NCBI GenBank assembly: GCA_965221905.1
Contig: OZ244922.1
Span: 480,001 to 544,000 of the forward strand
Direction: 5' to 3'
Source: Chloroflexota bacterium
GTDB taxonomy: Bacteria; Chloroflexota; UBA11872; VXOZ01
DNA length: 64,000 bases
A program made the position numbers and the translations under genes. Position 1 is the first letter of the stretch. Each line of letters begins with the position of its first letter. A model generated the notes under the pieces. The model was not told the DNA's origin. It saw only the letters and a program-made list of their open reading frames with translations, and ran no database searches. Shown here piece after piece: positions 10,105-20,570 of the stretch.

Positions 10105-10262
10105 GCGAGGCGCGTTCTATTGGCTGGGCCGTCTGGTATGGGCGAAGTGAGTGCGGCAACTCACTTCGGCCCAATATTGGCGTGACGGAAAACGGTTTAG
10201 AGCGCGATTGGCTCTCTCGTATGGCGGGTGGCAGCAAAAAAGAGTTCATTCCAGCGAATCTC

Positions 10263-10530
10263 CCGCTCACCCTTCGACAGGCTCAGGGCGAACGGCTTCG
10301 TATCTATTCCGATTTTTGGATTGCTTTTCTATTAAAAGCCAGTCTCTATCATTGGCTAGTTTAGAGAAAAGGGCGAAGTACACCTTCATCTAACTGCTAG
10401 TCTGGAGAAAAGGGCGAAATACACCTTGGTCAATTGTCTTGCCCTAATTGTTACGTGGGAGTATTCGTCCGGCATTTGCACTTGGGAGACAGCCTAACCG
10501 TTCGTGCTGAGCCTGTCGAAGCATGAACGG
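10263..10530. repeat. Inverted doublet of CCTTCGACAGGCTCAG-type REP-like repeats (10263-10295 and 10498-10530)
   Basis: Family also at ~7756, 10914, 11056, 18334/18415, 37013/37079, 44184, 58367/58401. Confidence 0.85.
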
Positions 10531-10555
10531 AAACGTGAGCGACCCTGGTGCTACA

Positions 10556-10861
10556 CTAATCGGACTCTTGTTCCGGGGAAGAACCGCGACTTCTCGCCAA
10601 CCGCGAAATCTCCTCCCAATCCCCTTGGCACAGTGCCTCTTTCTTCTTGCGTGACCAGCCTTTAATCTGTCTCTCTAGGGTAATTGCTTCCTCACGGCTA
10701 GGGAATTCCGCGGCGTAGACCAGTTGAACTGGTCGCCTTGTGGTCGTGTAGGAATCACCTGATCCAGAAACATGCTGGGCAAGGCGGGCCTCTAGGTCAA
10801 CCGAATGACCGACGTAGTAAGAATCATCAGCGCACTTGAGCATGTAGAGCCAGAAAGCCAT
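10556..10861 (-). CDS. GIY-YIG nuclease family protein (UPF0213-like, 101 aa)
   Basis: LYMLKCADDSYYVGHS..L..RL.QH, EAITLERQIKGWSRKKK. Confidence 0.9.
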   Translation of the reverse strand: MAFWLYMLKCADDSYYVGHSVDLEARLAQHVSGSGDSYTTTRRPVQLVYAAEFPSREEAITLERQIKGWSRKKKEALCQGDWEEISRLARSRGSSPEQESD

Positions 10862-10913
10862 TACTACTCACTTTAAATAGAATCCCGGTAGTGATCTCAA
10901 GCTTCCAAGAACG

Positions 10914-11098
10914 CCGTTTACCCTTCGACAGGCTCAGGGCGAACGGCTTGTCTGGTTCCAGCCATTCATTCTCTGGTTCCAGCTATTCTTTCTAACTGTA
11001 ATACGAGAGAGAAAAAAACAAGATTCGGTGTCTCTCCCAAGGCAGGAGTCCATGCCGTTCTGAGGTGGCTACGCAATGTTCCTGCGAAGCATGAACGG
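10914..11098. repeat. Second REP doublet (10914-10946 plus degenerate inverted copy ~11056-11098)
   Basis: CCGTTTACCCTTCGACAGGCTCAGGGCGAACGG is inverted relative to 10498-10530. Confidence 0.75.
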
Positions 11099-11130
11099 AT
11101 CACCAATGATGCCTACATTGCGCCTGCGCC

Positions 11131-12039
11131 CTACTGTGATCCCAGTTGCAGGCTGGCCCAAATTAGGGCCACGTAGAACATGAACGGACCGGTGAAGAGC
11201 AAGCTATCGATGCGGTCCAGGATGCCGCCGTGGCCGGGGATGAGGGTGCCGGATTCCTTAGTGCCCGCCCCGCGCTTGAGGAGCGATTCCACAAGATCGC
11301 CGAGTTGCGCTACTACCGCAACGCCAAGACCGACGAGGCCGGCAAGAATCGGGCTAAGCGGGAATGGGGTGAATTGTGCGTAGAGCGCCGCGACCATGAC
11401 CGCGATGAACGCGCCGCCAAGCGTGCCTTCCAGGGTCTTGCCCGTACTGAGATGTTGGAAGATGCGGCGGCGGCCGATGCTCTTCCCTACAAGATACGCT
11501 CCCGTATCGTAGGCCCAAGTGACGACAAGGGCGAAAATCAGCCACAGTTCTCCCCGCACATAGATGTAGTCGCGGAGGGCGACTGTGTGTCCTAGCAGCC
11601 AGCCGATGTACATCGCACCGGCGACCGCCATCGCCCAGCCCGTAAATGTTTGGGCATGATTGCTCGACCGGGGCAGCAGCAGTACCCAAAGCGTGCAGAG
11701 CACGATCACCGTAAAGAGGAGTGGCGGCAGTACAACCAGTTCCGCGTAACCCGCCCAGATTAAGCTGTAGGGCCATAGGAAGAAGCCGAGCGCTAGCGCA
11801 CCGGCAGTGATGCGGTGTACGGCAAGCCCCATGCTGCGTACGAGGTGGATATACTCCCACAGGGCAAGGCCGCCGAACGCCAGCATGCCGAACAGCAGCC
11901 AGGGATTGCCAAAATATGCTAACGCAATCAAGAGGGGCGCGTAGACAACCGAGGAAAGAGCGCGAGTCGCAAATTCCTGCCAGGGAGCACGTTGTGATAC
12001 GCGGCTTGATTCGCCGCGCTTACTGTTTTGCTTTGCCAT
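11131..12039 (-). CDS. cdsA: phosphatidate cytidylyltransferase
   Basis: Multi-TM protein; DTGAY, KTLEG, GDLVESLLKR..G.KESGTLIPGHGGILDRIDS; follows uppS; start at ATG 12039. Confidence 0.93.
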   Translation of the reverse strand: MAKQNSKRGESSRVSQRAPWQEFATRALSSVVYAPLLIALAYFGNPWLLFGMLAFGGLALWEYIHLVRSMGLAVHRITAGALALGFFLWPYSLIWAGYAELVVLPPLLFTVIVLCTLWVLLLPRSSNHAQTFTGWAMAVAGAMYIGWLLGHTVALRDYIYVRGELWLIFALVVTWAYDTGAYLVGKSIGRRRIFQHLSTGKTLEGTLGGAFIAVMVAALYAQFTPFPLSPILAGLVGLGVAVVAQLGDLVESLLKRGAGTKESGTLIPGHGGILDRIDSLLFTGPFMFYVALIWASLQLGSQ

Positions 12040-12856
12040 TCTGGCTGTTAGTGAGGCCGTCGCTTCCAGCGAGACCGTCGCTGGGAGCGAGGCCGCCGCT
12101 AGGAGCGAGGCCGCCGAACTTGCGTTCGCGGCGGCTGTAATTCGCGAGAGCGGCGTAGAACTCTTTGCGCCCAAAGTCGGGCCAGAAGACCTGCGCGGCG
12201 TAGTATTCGGCGTACGCAGCTTGCCAGAGCAGGAAGTTGGATAGCCGCATCTCGCCGGCCGTGCGGATCACGAGATCAGGGTCGGGAAGATTACGAGTGT
12301 AGAGGTGCTGCGCGATTGTTTCTTCCGAAATGAGGGAAGCAGGCACCCCTTTTGCAACGATCTCCCGGACGGCATCGACGATTTCACCGCGACCGCCGTA
12401 GTTGAAGCCGAAGTTGATTGTTAGGCGATCATTGTCGCGCGTCGCCTCCTGAAGCTGATCAATGGCAACCTGCAACGATGAAGGTACGGCGTCACGCCGT
12501 CCGATGGAGCGGACCTGAATCTGGTTTTCGACGATCGCACCTTGTTCACGCTCGATTGTTTCTTCGAGCAGTGTCATGAGTCCGGTGACTTCCTCTTCGG
12601 GACGCGCCCAATTCTCCGTCGAAAAGGCATAGAGCGTGAGGATCTCGACACCGAAGTCAATTGCTGCCTCAGCCACCTCGCGCACGCAGCGCGCACCGGC
12701 GCGGTGGCCCTCCAAGCGCGGGAGGCCGCGTTGCGCAGCCCAACGCCCATTGCCATCCATCACGATGCCAACGTGAACGGGCGTAATGGGCAGAGGCGGG
12801 AAAGTCTCTGCTTCTTCGGGAGCTCTCTCCAGCGATTTAGGTGGGATTGGCTCCAT
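12020..12856 (-). CDS. uppS: isoprenyl transferase (undecaprenyl diphosphate synthase)
   Basis: HVGIVMDGNGRWA, YAFSTENW.RP, NYGGR, DPDLVIRTAGEMRLSNFLLWQ. Confidence 0.96.
   Translation of the reverse strand: MEPIPPKSLERAPEEAETFPPLPITPVHVGIVMDGNGRWAAQRGLPRLEGHRAGARCVREVAEAAIDFGVEILTLYAFSTENWARPEEEVTGLMTLLEETIEREQGAIVENQIQVRSIGRRDAVPSSLQVAIDQLQEATRDNDRLTINFGFNYGGRGEIVDAVREIVAKGVPASLISEETIAQHLYTRNLPDPDLVIRTAGEMRLSNFLLWQAAYAEYYAAQVFWPDFGRKEFYAALANYSRRERKFGGLAPSGGLAPSDGLAGSDGLTNSQNGKAKQ
12044..12115 (-). repeat. 4 x 18-bp coding tandem repeat (GGLAPS/GGLAPS/DGLAGS/DGLTNS) at the uppS C-terminus
   Basis: Units read directly at 12044, 12062, 12080, 12098. Confidence 0.85.
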
Positions 12857-12858
12857 GG

Positions 12859-13416
12859 TTAGATGGTCAAAATCTCCTGCTCTTTCTCGGCGAGCGCTGC
12901 GTCAACCCGCTCGATCTCAGAGTCGGTGAGCTTCTGCAAGTCGCCCTGCGCCCGGCGGATGTCATCCTCAGAGACACTGCTACTCTTCTGTTGCTTGCGT
13001 AATGCGTCTTGTGCGGTGCGACGGCTATTACGGATGGCAACACGGGCTTCTTCGGCACGCTGACGGACCAGCTTGGCCAGCTCCTGGCGCCTTTCTGCCG
13101 TCGGTTGGGGCAAAGCAATGCGGATGACCGTGCCGTCGTTTGAAGGGGTGATGCCGAGTTCCGACTTGAGGATTGCTCGCTCGATCGCGGGGATAGATGC
13201 CTTGTCCCACGGTTGAATGACAATGAGCCGGGCCTCCGGCACTATGATGGTGGCTACTTGGTTAAGGGGCAATTCCGTGCCGTAGCATTCGACGGGGATA
13301 TCCTCAACAAGTGCCGTAGTTGCCCTACCGGTACGGATGCGGGCAATGTCGCGCTGCAATGCCTCCGTGGCAAGACCCATCGCGATTTCCGTGTCATCAA
13401 GAATTGGCTCCAGCAT
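12859..13416 (-). CDS. frr: ribosome recycling factor
   Basis: [41 protein letters not shown]; operon position. Confidence 0.97.
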   Translation of the reverse strand: MLEPILDDTEIAMGLATEALQRDIARIRTGRATTALVEDIPVECYGTELPLNQVATIIVPEARLIVIQPWDKASIPAIERAILKSELGITPSNDGTVIRIALPQPTAERRQELAKLVRQRAEEARVAIRNSRRTAQDALRKQQKSSSVSEDDIRRAQGDLQKLTDSEIERVDAALAEKEQEILTI

Positions 13417-14143
13417 CGTCCCTCTCTCCTATCTGGGTTCCTACTGGTTCCCCTTGCAGCAACTTCTCCAATGCACCGGGATGTTCCAGCTTGAACACCG
13501 CAATCGGGAGGCTATTCTCCATGCAGAGTGAGATTGCCGTGCTATCCATCACCCTCAGACCCATGTTGAGGGCATCGAGGTAGGTAAGGTAATCGAATTT
13601 CTTGGCTTGGGGATTATCAATTGGATCGCTATCGTACGCGCCGTCGACCTTGGTGGCCTTAATCAGCACTTCCGCGTTGATCTCCATGGCGCGCAAGGCG
13701 CCCGCGGTGTCGGTTGTAAAGAAGGGGTTCCCAGTGCCTGCGCTGAAGACGACGACTCGATTGTTTTCCAGATGGTCGATTGCGCGCGCGCGGACGTATG
13801 GTTCGGCTACTTCTCGCATCTCGATGGCCGTTTGGACCCGGGCATCCAGGCCTTCCCTCGAGAGGGCGTCCTGGAGCGCCAAGGCGTTTATGACGGTAGC
13901 CAGCATGCCCATGTAGTCGGCGGTCGCGCGGTCCATTCCCTGGTCTGCTGCCAACTCACCGCGCCAGATATTACCGCCACCGATTACGACCCCGATCTGC
14001 GTTCCAAGACGTCGGGCAGAGGCGATCTGCTTGGCGATGTTGCGAGCAATACCGAGATCTATGCCATACTCGCCTTTTCCCTTTCCCATAAGCGCTTCGC
14101 CGCCGATCTTGAGCAGCACGCGCCTATAGCGGAGCTTAGCCAT
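13397..14143 (-). CDS. pyrH: UMP kinase
   Basis: [37 protein letters not shown]; start at ATG 14143. Confidence 0.97.
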   Translation of the reverse strand: MAKLRYRRVLLKIGGEALMGKGKGEYGIDLGIARNIAKQIASARRLGTQIGVVIGGGNIWRGELAADQGMDRATADYMGMLATVINALALQDALSREGLDARVQTAIEMREVAEPYVRARAIDHLENNRVVVFSAGTGNPFFTTDTAGALRAMEINAEVLIKATKVDGAYDSDPIDNPQAKKFDYLTYLDALNMGLRVMDSTAISLCMENSLPIAVFKLEHPGALEKLLQGEPVGTQIGERDDAGANS

Positions 14144-14215
14144 GGGTCCTCTCTGCTCGTGCAACGCTGGGTCTCCAGCGAGAATGGAAGAAGCCACGCT
14201 CTTGCCGCGTGCTTC

Positions 14216-14722
14216 CTACAGGCCTCGCTCGTAGCGACAGAAGCGCCGGACGACAACATTCTCGCCGGTCTTTACAATAGTCTGCTTAATGAGGTCCGCA
14301 ACAGTAATCGATGGATCGCGCACGAACGGCTGGGCCAGCAGCACCGTCTCTTCAGAGTTGCCCTCATAACCTTCCGGCAGATCTTCTTCGCTTATAAACT
14401 CCGGGCTCATGCCGGCAATGTGCAGCGTGATCTCATGTACGAGGTGCTGAAACTCATCTGTGCGGGCCACAAAGTCCGACTCGCAATTCACCTCAACGAG
14501 CACACCGACGCGTCCGTTGCCATGGATGTAGGAGTGCACCAAGCCCTGCGATGCCTCCCTGCCGGCGCGTTTCTCCGCCTTCGCCAGGCCCTGCTCGTCG
14601 AGAATCTTCTTAGCACCCTTGTGGTCGCCATCTGCTTCCTCAAGTGCTCGCTTACAGTCCATAATCCCTGCGCCGGTTTCCTCGCGCAGCGACTTAATGT
14701 CCGCGATCGTCACCGTTGCCAT
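14216..14722 (-). CDS. tsf: translation elongation factor Ts (short form)
   Basis: LREETGAGIMDCKRAL, EVNCESDFVA, GENVVVRRF. Confidence 0.97.
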   Translation of the reverse strand: MATVTIADIKSLREETGAGIMDCKRALEEADGDHKGAKKILDEQGLAKAEKRAGREASQGLVHSYIHGNGRVGVLVEVNCESDFVARTDEFQHLVHEITLHIAGMSPEFISEEDLPEGYEGNSEETVLLAQPFVRDPSITVADLIKQTIVKTGENVVVRRFCRYERGL

Positions 14723-14785
14723 TGCTTCGTATCTAACTCCCTCTAAAAAGTCGCATCAATTAGCAAAGTCGGTCTCGTTTGCATC

Positions 14786-15574
14786 TTATTCAGCGGTGTC
14801 CTCATCAGCCTGGTCGCCGACCTCGGCGTCAGGATCGGCAGCCACTGCCTCAATTGCTTCCTCGGCTTCTCGCTCAGAACTCTTGGCTGTGCGCAGTTGA
14901 GTACCGCTATGAACTGCATCAGCTATCAGACGCGTGATGAGACGAATAGACTTGATTGCATCATCGTTACCTGGAATTGAGAATTCCACCTGATCGGGAT
15001 CGCAATTCGTATCGAGCAAAGCGATAACGGGAATGCCAAGTTTCTGCGCTTCTGCTACTGCAATGTGCTCGCGCACGGTGTCTACGACGTAAAGAGCAGC
15101 GGGAATGCGGTGCATGTCCCGAATGCCATTTAAGAAACGCTGCAGTTTCGCCAAACGGTCTTGGAGGCGTCCGACCTCTTTCTTCGAAAAACTCCGCCAG
15201 GCGTCGTTTGCCTGTTCGGACTCCATCTCTTTCATTTTCGACAGGCGCTGGCTGATCGTAGCGTAATTCGTCAGCATGCCTCCCAGCCAGCGTTGGTTAA
15301 CAAACGGCATACCCACACGGGAGGCTTCTTGTTCGACAATGTCCTGGGCCTGCTTCTTCGTGCCGACAAACAAGATTTCGCGGTTATGCAGCGCAAGGTC
15401 GCGGGCAAAATCGCAAGCTTCCTCGAGTCCGCTTGCGCTCTGTTCAAGGTCGATGATGTGAATCTTGCTGCGCGCCATGTAGATAAAGGGCTTCATTTTG
15501 GGATTCCACCGATTGGTCGGATGCCCAAAATGCACGCCTGCGTCAAACAAATCTTTCAGACTCGCCACGGCCAT
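14786..15574 (-). CDS. rpsB: 30S ribosomal protein S2
   Basis: AGVHFGH..RWNPKM, LFVGTKKQA, RWLGGMLTN, DTNCDP, PGNDDAI. Confidence 0.98.
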   Translation of the reverse strand: MAVASLKDLFDAGVHFGHPTNRWNPKMKPFIYMARSKIHIIDLEQSASGLEEACDFARDLALHNREILFVGTKKQAQDIVEQEASRVGMPFVNQRWLGGMLTNYATISQRLSKMKEMESEQANDAWRSFSKKEVGRLQDRLAKLQRFLNGIRDMHRIPAALYVVDTVREHIAVAEAQKLGIPVIALLDTNCDPDQVEFSIPGNDDAIKSIRLITRLIADAVHSGTQLRTAKSSEREAEEAIEAVAADPDAEVGDQADEDTAE

Positions 15575-15862
15575 ACGATCACGACCCCTTCTGCACTCCT
15601 GTACCCATTAGCGGCCAGGTACACTGCTACTACACAAGTTCTTTCGGCCTACCACGCACTTTAACAAGGTAGGCTAAACTGCTACTCAAACTAGTATACC
15701 GCTTTCCCAACTTTCGCGGCAACGTGGATGTGATTGGTGCGGATGCTGTTTCCATCAGTTGTCCATATGGCTAAAGCCGGATGCGTGGAGAAACCTCTCG
15801 GAAATTTCGGCGGCAGCGCTACTTGACTGCGCCCGGCGCCGTCTATCTGCACCTCCTGTAAT

Positions 15863-17083
15863 TCATGTGCTTGGTTCCAGCCACTCTGCCGCCATGTCCG
15901 CCACAGACTCTCCAATGCGAAGCGAGGCTGTCGCTGCCGGAGAGGGCGCATTGAGGACGTGGATCATGCGCGGTTGCTGCACAATGTGGAAGTCTTCTAT
16001 AAGCCTTCCTTGCCGGTCTAGCGCCTGCGCGCGTACGCCCGCTCCGGCCCGCACCAAGTCTTGGCCCGTGACGGCGGGCACGAGCTTCTGCAACTCTTTC
16101 ACCATGGCATCTTTGTGCAGCGAACGGTACATTTCCCCAATGCCGGTGCGCCAGTAGCGCGCCGCCATGCGCCAGAAACCCGCGTAGCCCAAGATGTCGA
16201 GCGTGTCGCGGATACTGATGTCGCGCCAACGATAGCCCTGGCGCTTTAGGGCGAACACCGCGTTTGGCCCGACTTCGATGGCGCCGTTTATGCGCCGCGT
16301 GAAGTGAACGCCGAGAAAGGGGAACGCGGGATTTGATACGGGGTAGATGAGATTGCGTACCAAGAATCGCTTGTCCGGCACGAGTTCATAGTACTCGCCG
16401 CGAAAGGGCGCGGTCTTGAGCGGCGGTTTCAGACCGGCGGATATGCTGACGCGGTCTGCGAACAAGCCGCCGCAGGCGATGACGTGCCTACTCCGCACGT
16501 CACCGTGCGCCGTTTCCAATCGCAGCGCGTTCGGTTCTTCTACAATGGCGAAGACTTCACCGCCGGTGCGCACCTGGCCGCCGGCTTGTTCGAATAGCTT
16601 GCGGTACATCTGCGCTACAAGGCTATAGTTGACGATACCGGCACTCGGCACGTGGAGCGCTTGTATGCCCGTGGCATGCGGCTCGAGTTCCGCCAGTTCA
16701 TCGGAGCCAATCATGCGCACGTCCGGCACGCCATTGGCGTCGCCGCGGCGCGCGAGCTCTTCCAAGGCCGGGATCTGCGATTTCGCCGTAGCCACGATCA
16801 CTTTGCCGCAGCGGTCGAAGGGAATGCCGTGCTCCGTGCAGAAGGACATCATGCGCTTGGATCCTTCCACGGCCATCCGCGCACGGAGCGAGCCGGGACG
16901 GTAGTAGATACCGGAGTGGATTACGCCGCTGTTGTGGCCGGTCTGGTGCTGGGCAACGTCCAATTCTTTTTCGAAGACGGCGATGCCCAAACCGCTGTAG
17001 CGCTCGGCAAGGGTACGCGCCGTGGATAGGCCGACGATGCCGCCGCCGACAATAGCAATGTCAAGAATTGAATTTGCGCTCAT
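15863..17083 (-). CDS. lhgO: L-2-hydroxyglutarate oxidase
   Basis: GGGIVG, HQTGHNSGVIHSGIYY.PGSL, PFRGEY, PFLGVHFT, AGVRAQA, NAPSPAAT. Confidence 0.9.
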   Translation of the reverse strand: MSANSILDIAIVGGGIVGLSTARTLAERYSGLGIAVFEKELDVAQHQTGHNSGVIHSGIYYRPGSLRARMAVEGSKRMMSFCTEHGIPFDRCGKVIVATAKSQIPALEELARRGDANGVPDVRMIGSDELAELEPHATGIQALHVPSAGIVNYSLVAQMYRKLFEQAGGQVRTGGEVFAIVEEPNALRLETAHGDVRSRHVIACGGLFADRVSISAGLKPPLKTAPFRGEYYELVPDKRFLVRNLIYPVSNPAFPFLGVHFTRRINGAIEVGPNAVFALKRQGYRWRDISIRDTLDILGYAGFWRMAARYWRTGIGEMYRSLHKDAMVKELQKLVPAVTGQDLVRAGAGVRAQALDRQGRLIEDFHIVQQPRMIHVLNAPSPAATASLRIGESVADMAAEWLEPST

Positions 17084-17333
17084 CGTCGTATTGGGCTTCC
17101 TGCCAAATGTGCTGCGTGCCGCTGCATCAGATTATACTGTGCCCGCCCAAGGTAAGGGAGCCGGCGATAGAGAACCCGGCACAAGCATAGTTAGGGTATA
17201 GCAGTGCACTTCCAGGGGAATGGCGCTGAGGTTACAATTATGCCGCATTTGGGCATTGAACGTGATTGTGGCGGCTGGTAGTTACGCAGTGTGCTATACT
17301 TGCCGCATACGCTCTATAGGAGAAAAGTCTAGA

Positions 17334-18296
17334 ATGACTCTGCGAGACCTTTACGAAACTTCAATACAGCTCGGCATTGAGCTTGACGTGCGGGGCGAAG
17401 CCGCGCTCCAACGGCAGATGGCGCAGCGGCGCGTGGAGCATGAGGCCCTGCCCGCCTGGCAGCAGCCCTACTACGACCAGGAACGCTTTCGCAATCCCTT
17501 TGGCGACGTGCGCATCGTCAACGGGCCGGACGACGTGGAGCTGGAGACGATCCTGCTGGGCATCAACATCGGCATAGACGAACTGCTGCTCGCGGACCGC
17601 TTGCGCAGCAAGGGCACTAAGATCGATGCCGTGATCGCCCACCACACTACCGGGATCGGCGTTGCGATCTCTCTGGTCCATGACTTCATGCCGGTAGCTA
17701 TTGATTTCTTGGCCGGCGAAGGAGTGCCCCGCGCCGAGGCTGAAGAGTGCATCAACCGGAATATCGAGGGCAAATTGCAGGACCTCGAAGATACGGCGCG
17801 CATGGGCCCCGATACGGCGAAGCTGCTCGGATTCCCGCTGGCCTGCATTCACACTCCGGCGGACTACTATATCGGTGAGGGCGTGCGTCCTGTAATGGAA
17901 GCAGCGCAACCCCAGACCGTGGGCGAGGTGGTGCAGGCGCTGATGCACATTCCTGAGGTGCAGAGCGCCGCGCGCATCGGCGCCGAGCCGCGCGTGATGA
18001 GCGGCGAAGAGTCGTGGCCCGCCGGGCGCATGCTGCTCAAATTTGGCGGCGGCTACATTCTGCCCCCGGATGCTTACACGCTGCTCGGCAAAGCGGGTGT
18101 GAACACCGTGCTGCAGATCGGCTGCGCACCGGCGCACGCTCATGCGGCCCAAGCAGCAGGCGTGGCAATTGTGCGCATCGCCCACGCGGCGTGTGACAAC
18201 ATTGGGATCAACTTACTGCTGGATGAGGTTGAGCGCCGCATGGGGCCGCTTAATGTCATTCCCTGTAACTACTTCGAGCGAATCAAGCGCAACTAG
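17334..18296 (+). CDS. NIF3 (NGG1-interacting factor 3)-like protein, paralogue 1
   Basis: NPFGDVRI, IAHH, CIHTPAD, H..CDNIG.NLLLD, IPCNYFER; AGGAG RBS before ATG 17334. Confidence 0.8.
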   Translation: MTLRDLYETSIQLGIELDVRGEAALQRQMAQRRVEHEALPAWQQPYYDQERFRNPFGDVRIVNGPDDVELETILLGINIGIDELLLADRLRSKGTKIDAVIAHHTTGIGVAISLVHDFMPVAIDFLAGEGVPRAEAEECINRNIEGKLQDLEDTARMGPDTAKLLGFPLACIHTPADYYIGEGVRPVMEAAQPQTVGEVVQALMHIPEVQSAARIGAEPRVMSGEESWPAGRMLLKFGGGYILPPDAYTLLGKAGVNTVLQIGCAPAHAHAAQAAGVAIVRIAHAACDNIGINLLLDEVERRMGPLNVIPCNYFERIKRN

Positions 18297-18706
18297 AATT
18301 CGTCACAGAGACATATTGTTCTGTGCAAACCTGCCCTTCGACAGGCTCAGGGCGAACGGAAAAGGAAGAGACGCAAACGGAACAGCTAGGAATGTGAATG
18401 GAAGGGGAAAGTATCCGTTCGTGCTGAGTGCTGCGCGAAGCCCTTGTCGAAGCACATGTCGGCATGTCGAGTTGCACTATTAGATAGCTTCTAGCATGAA
18501 TAGACACCTAGAATTTCGACGGTTTCGTATTGAGGGATAATTTAGCGAGACGTAATGGCTCTACATTACGGGGGCTGGCGCAGGTTGCAAACCTGCGCTA
18601 CCGTCGCCCTTATGCATTGAGACAGGTGTGTTGGGCTGCCAGAACCCTCTCATGGAAACTATCTGGGGAGGCAATGCAATTTCAGTCGTAGCGTGGGAAT
18701 TAGAAC

Positions 18707-19678
18707 ATGACACTGCGCGAACTCTATGAGACAGCCATCGAAATCGGCCGTGAAGTAGACCCACGAGGGCGGGAAGTCCTCGACCGCCAGCTTGAACAGC
18801 GGCGGCAGGAATTTGCAGCGCTGCCGGATTGGCGCAAGCCGTACTACGACCAAGAGCGCTTCAACAATCCCTACGGCGACGTGCGCATCGTGAACGGGCC
18901 GGAGGACACCGAACTCAATACCATCCTCATGGGCGTAAACATCGGCACGCAGGAGCTCCTGCTGGCGGATAATCTGCGGGGCAGCGGCACGCGGATCGAC
19001 GCTGTCATCTCCCACCATACCAACGGCATCGGGGTACCGGCGGATACACTCATCTATGACACGGTGCCCTATCTCATTGACCTGCTCGAAGGGGCGGGCG
19101 TTGCCCGGGCCGACGCCGAGCCCCACATCACGGATATGATGACCGATCGCTGGAACTACGCCGAGGACTTCAACCGCAACGGCATCGACATGGCGAAACT
19201 GCTGGAGTTTCCGCTGGCGTGCATCCATACGCCCGCGGACTTTCATCACGGCCAGGGTGTGCGGGGCGCAATTGAGAACGCCAATGGAGAAACCGTTGGT
19301 GATGTGGTGGAGGCGCTGCTGGCCCTGCCGGAGTTCCAGGGCGCGGCGCGCATCGGGGCGATACCGCGCATTATGGCAGGTGACGCTAATCAACCCGCGG
19401 GCCGCACCTTCCACCAGGACGGCGGCGGCTGGCTCTTTCCGGTAGAGGTGATGCCCTTGCTGAAAGAGGCCGGTGTCGGCACGTTCGTCACCATCGGCTG
19501 CACATCGGCCCACCAGCGTAAGGCGCAAGAGCTTGGCATGGGCTGGGTACGCATGCCCCACGGCGCTTGCGACAATGTCGGCCTCAATCTTCTGCTCGAT
19601 AAGGTCGAGCAGCGTCTCGGGCCGCTCAACGTCATACCCTGTAACTACTTCGAGCGCATTAAGCGCGCTGGCAACTGA
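18707..19678 (+). CDS. NIF3-like protein, paralogue 2
   Basis: DPRG, NPYGDVRI, ISHH, CIHTPAD, HGACDNVGLNLLLD. Confidence 0.8.
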   Translation: MTLRELYETAIEIGREVDPRGREVLDRQLEQRRQEFAALPDWRKPYYDQERFNNPYGDVRIVNGPEDTELNTILMGVNIGTQELLLADNLRGSGTRIDAVISHHTNGIGVPADTLIYDTVPYLIDLLEGAGVARADAEPHITDMMTDRWNYAEDFNRNGIDMAKLLEFPLACIHTPADFHHGQGVRGAIENANGETVGDVVEALLALPEFQGAARIGAIPRIMAGDANQPAGRTFHQDGGGWLFPVEVMPLLKEAGVGTFVTIGCTSAHQRKAQELGMGWVRMPHGACDNVGLNLLLDKVEQRLGPLNVIPCNYFERIKRAGN

Positions 19679-19844
19679 AGTGGGGCGAGGCGTTACAGGC
19701 CGGCGACCTTCTTGCTGCGGCTGCCCTCGCCGGTGGAGTGGATGCCGTTAGGCGGCCTCCGCGGTGGTGAGGTTACCGCGGCGGCTAATGGTGGTCTCCA
19801 CGCCGTCTCCGCTGCGGCGGCTGAGTTGCGGGTGCGACAGCGCG

Positions 19845-20570
19845 TCAGGCGGGTATTTCACGCCTCTGCTCGGCGATGACGAATTTCAGCTTCTTGCTCA
19901 GACTCAACGTCGGAATCGGGTTGATCTTGAGTTTGGAGTTCGCGGGAGACATTTCTAACGTAAAGTAATGCGCGAGCATAAGTAGGTTGACAGTCAGTTG
20001 CAGTTCCACCCACCGGAATCCGAGACAGGTGTGCGTGCCCAGCCCGTACGGGGCATAACCGGGACTGCGATGCTCATTACGCGGAGACTGATAGCGGTCG
20101 ATATCGAAAGAGAACGGATCGGGAAAGACCTTCTCCATGTAATGTGAGGCGGTCTGTGCGATGTAGATGCGAGACCCTTCCGGTATTGCGAAGCCCTCGA
20201 CCGAAAACGAATTCATCACATGACGTACCGACATAGGAATAGTCGGGTAAAGACGCATGACCTCCATTAAGACGCTGTGTGTGACGTCAATAGAGTCTGT
20301 GGTAAAGTCCTTGGGACCCGGGTCGCCGTTCGCAAACAGCGCCTCGGCCTCACCCCGGATTCTGTCGTAGAGTTCAGGGTGGGAAATCAAGGAGTAGAGC
20401 GCGAAGCTAAGCGCATCGCTCACGTACATGCTGGTAATCAGCGGCGCCGCAAGATGAAAACGCAGGTTCGCCTCCGGGAAGAACTGCGGGTCGCTTTCAT
20501 ACAAACTAAGCATGTCATCTGGGAGATCGCGAGGACAACCGGCTCGTTGGGCGGGTGTATGGACACTATC
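19845..20570 (-). pseudogene. cytochrome P450, C-terminal half only
   Basis: EVMR (ExxR), FDIDRY, heme motif YGLGTHTCLG; frame closed by TGA just above 20570, N-terminal half missing. Confidence 0.85.

Noticed and set aside
12040-12174. Long N-terminal extension of CdsA in the ORF track
   Set aside because: Alternative-frame reading of the uppS 3' end and its repeat; ATG 12039 is the more plausible start.
14216-14722. EF-Ts looks truncated at 168 aa
   Set aside because: Short EF-Ts forms are known in several phyla; both terminal motifs are intact.
13607-14746. 379-aa plus-strand ORF (and similar long antisense ORFs such as 26163-27410 and 51129-52166)
   Set aside because: Shadow ORFs opposite well-supported genes, expected in high-GC DNA; no recognisable motifs.
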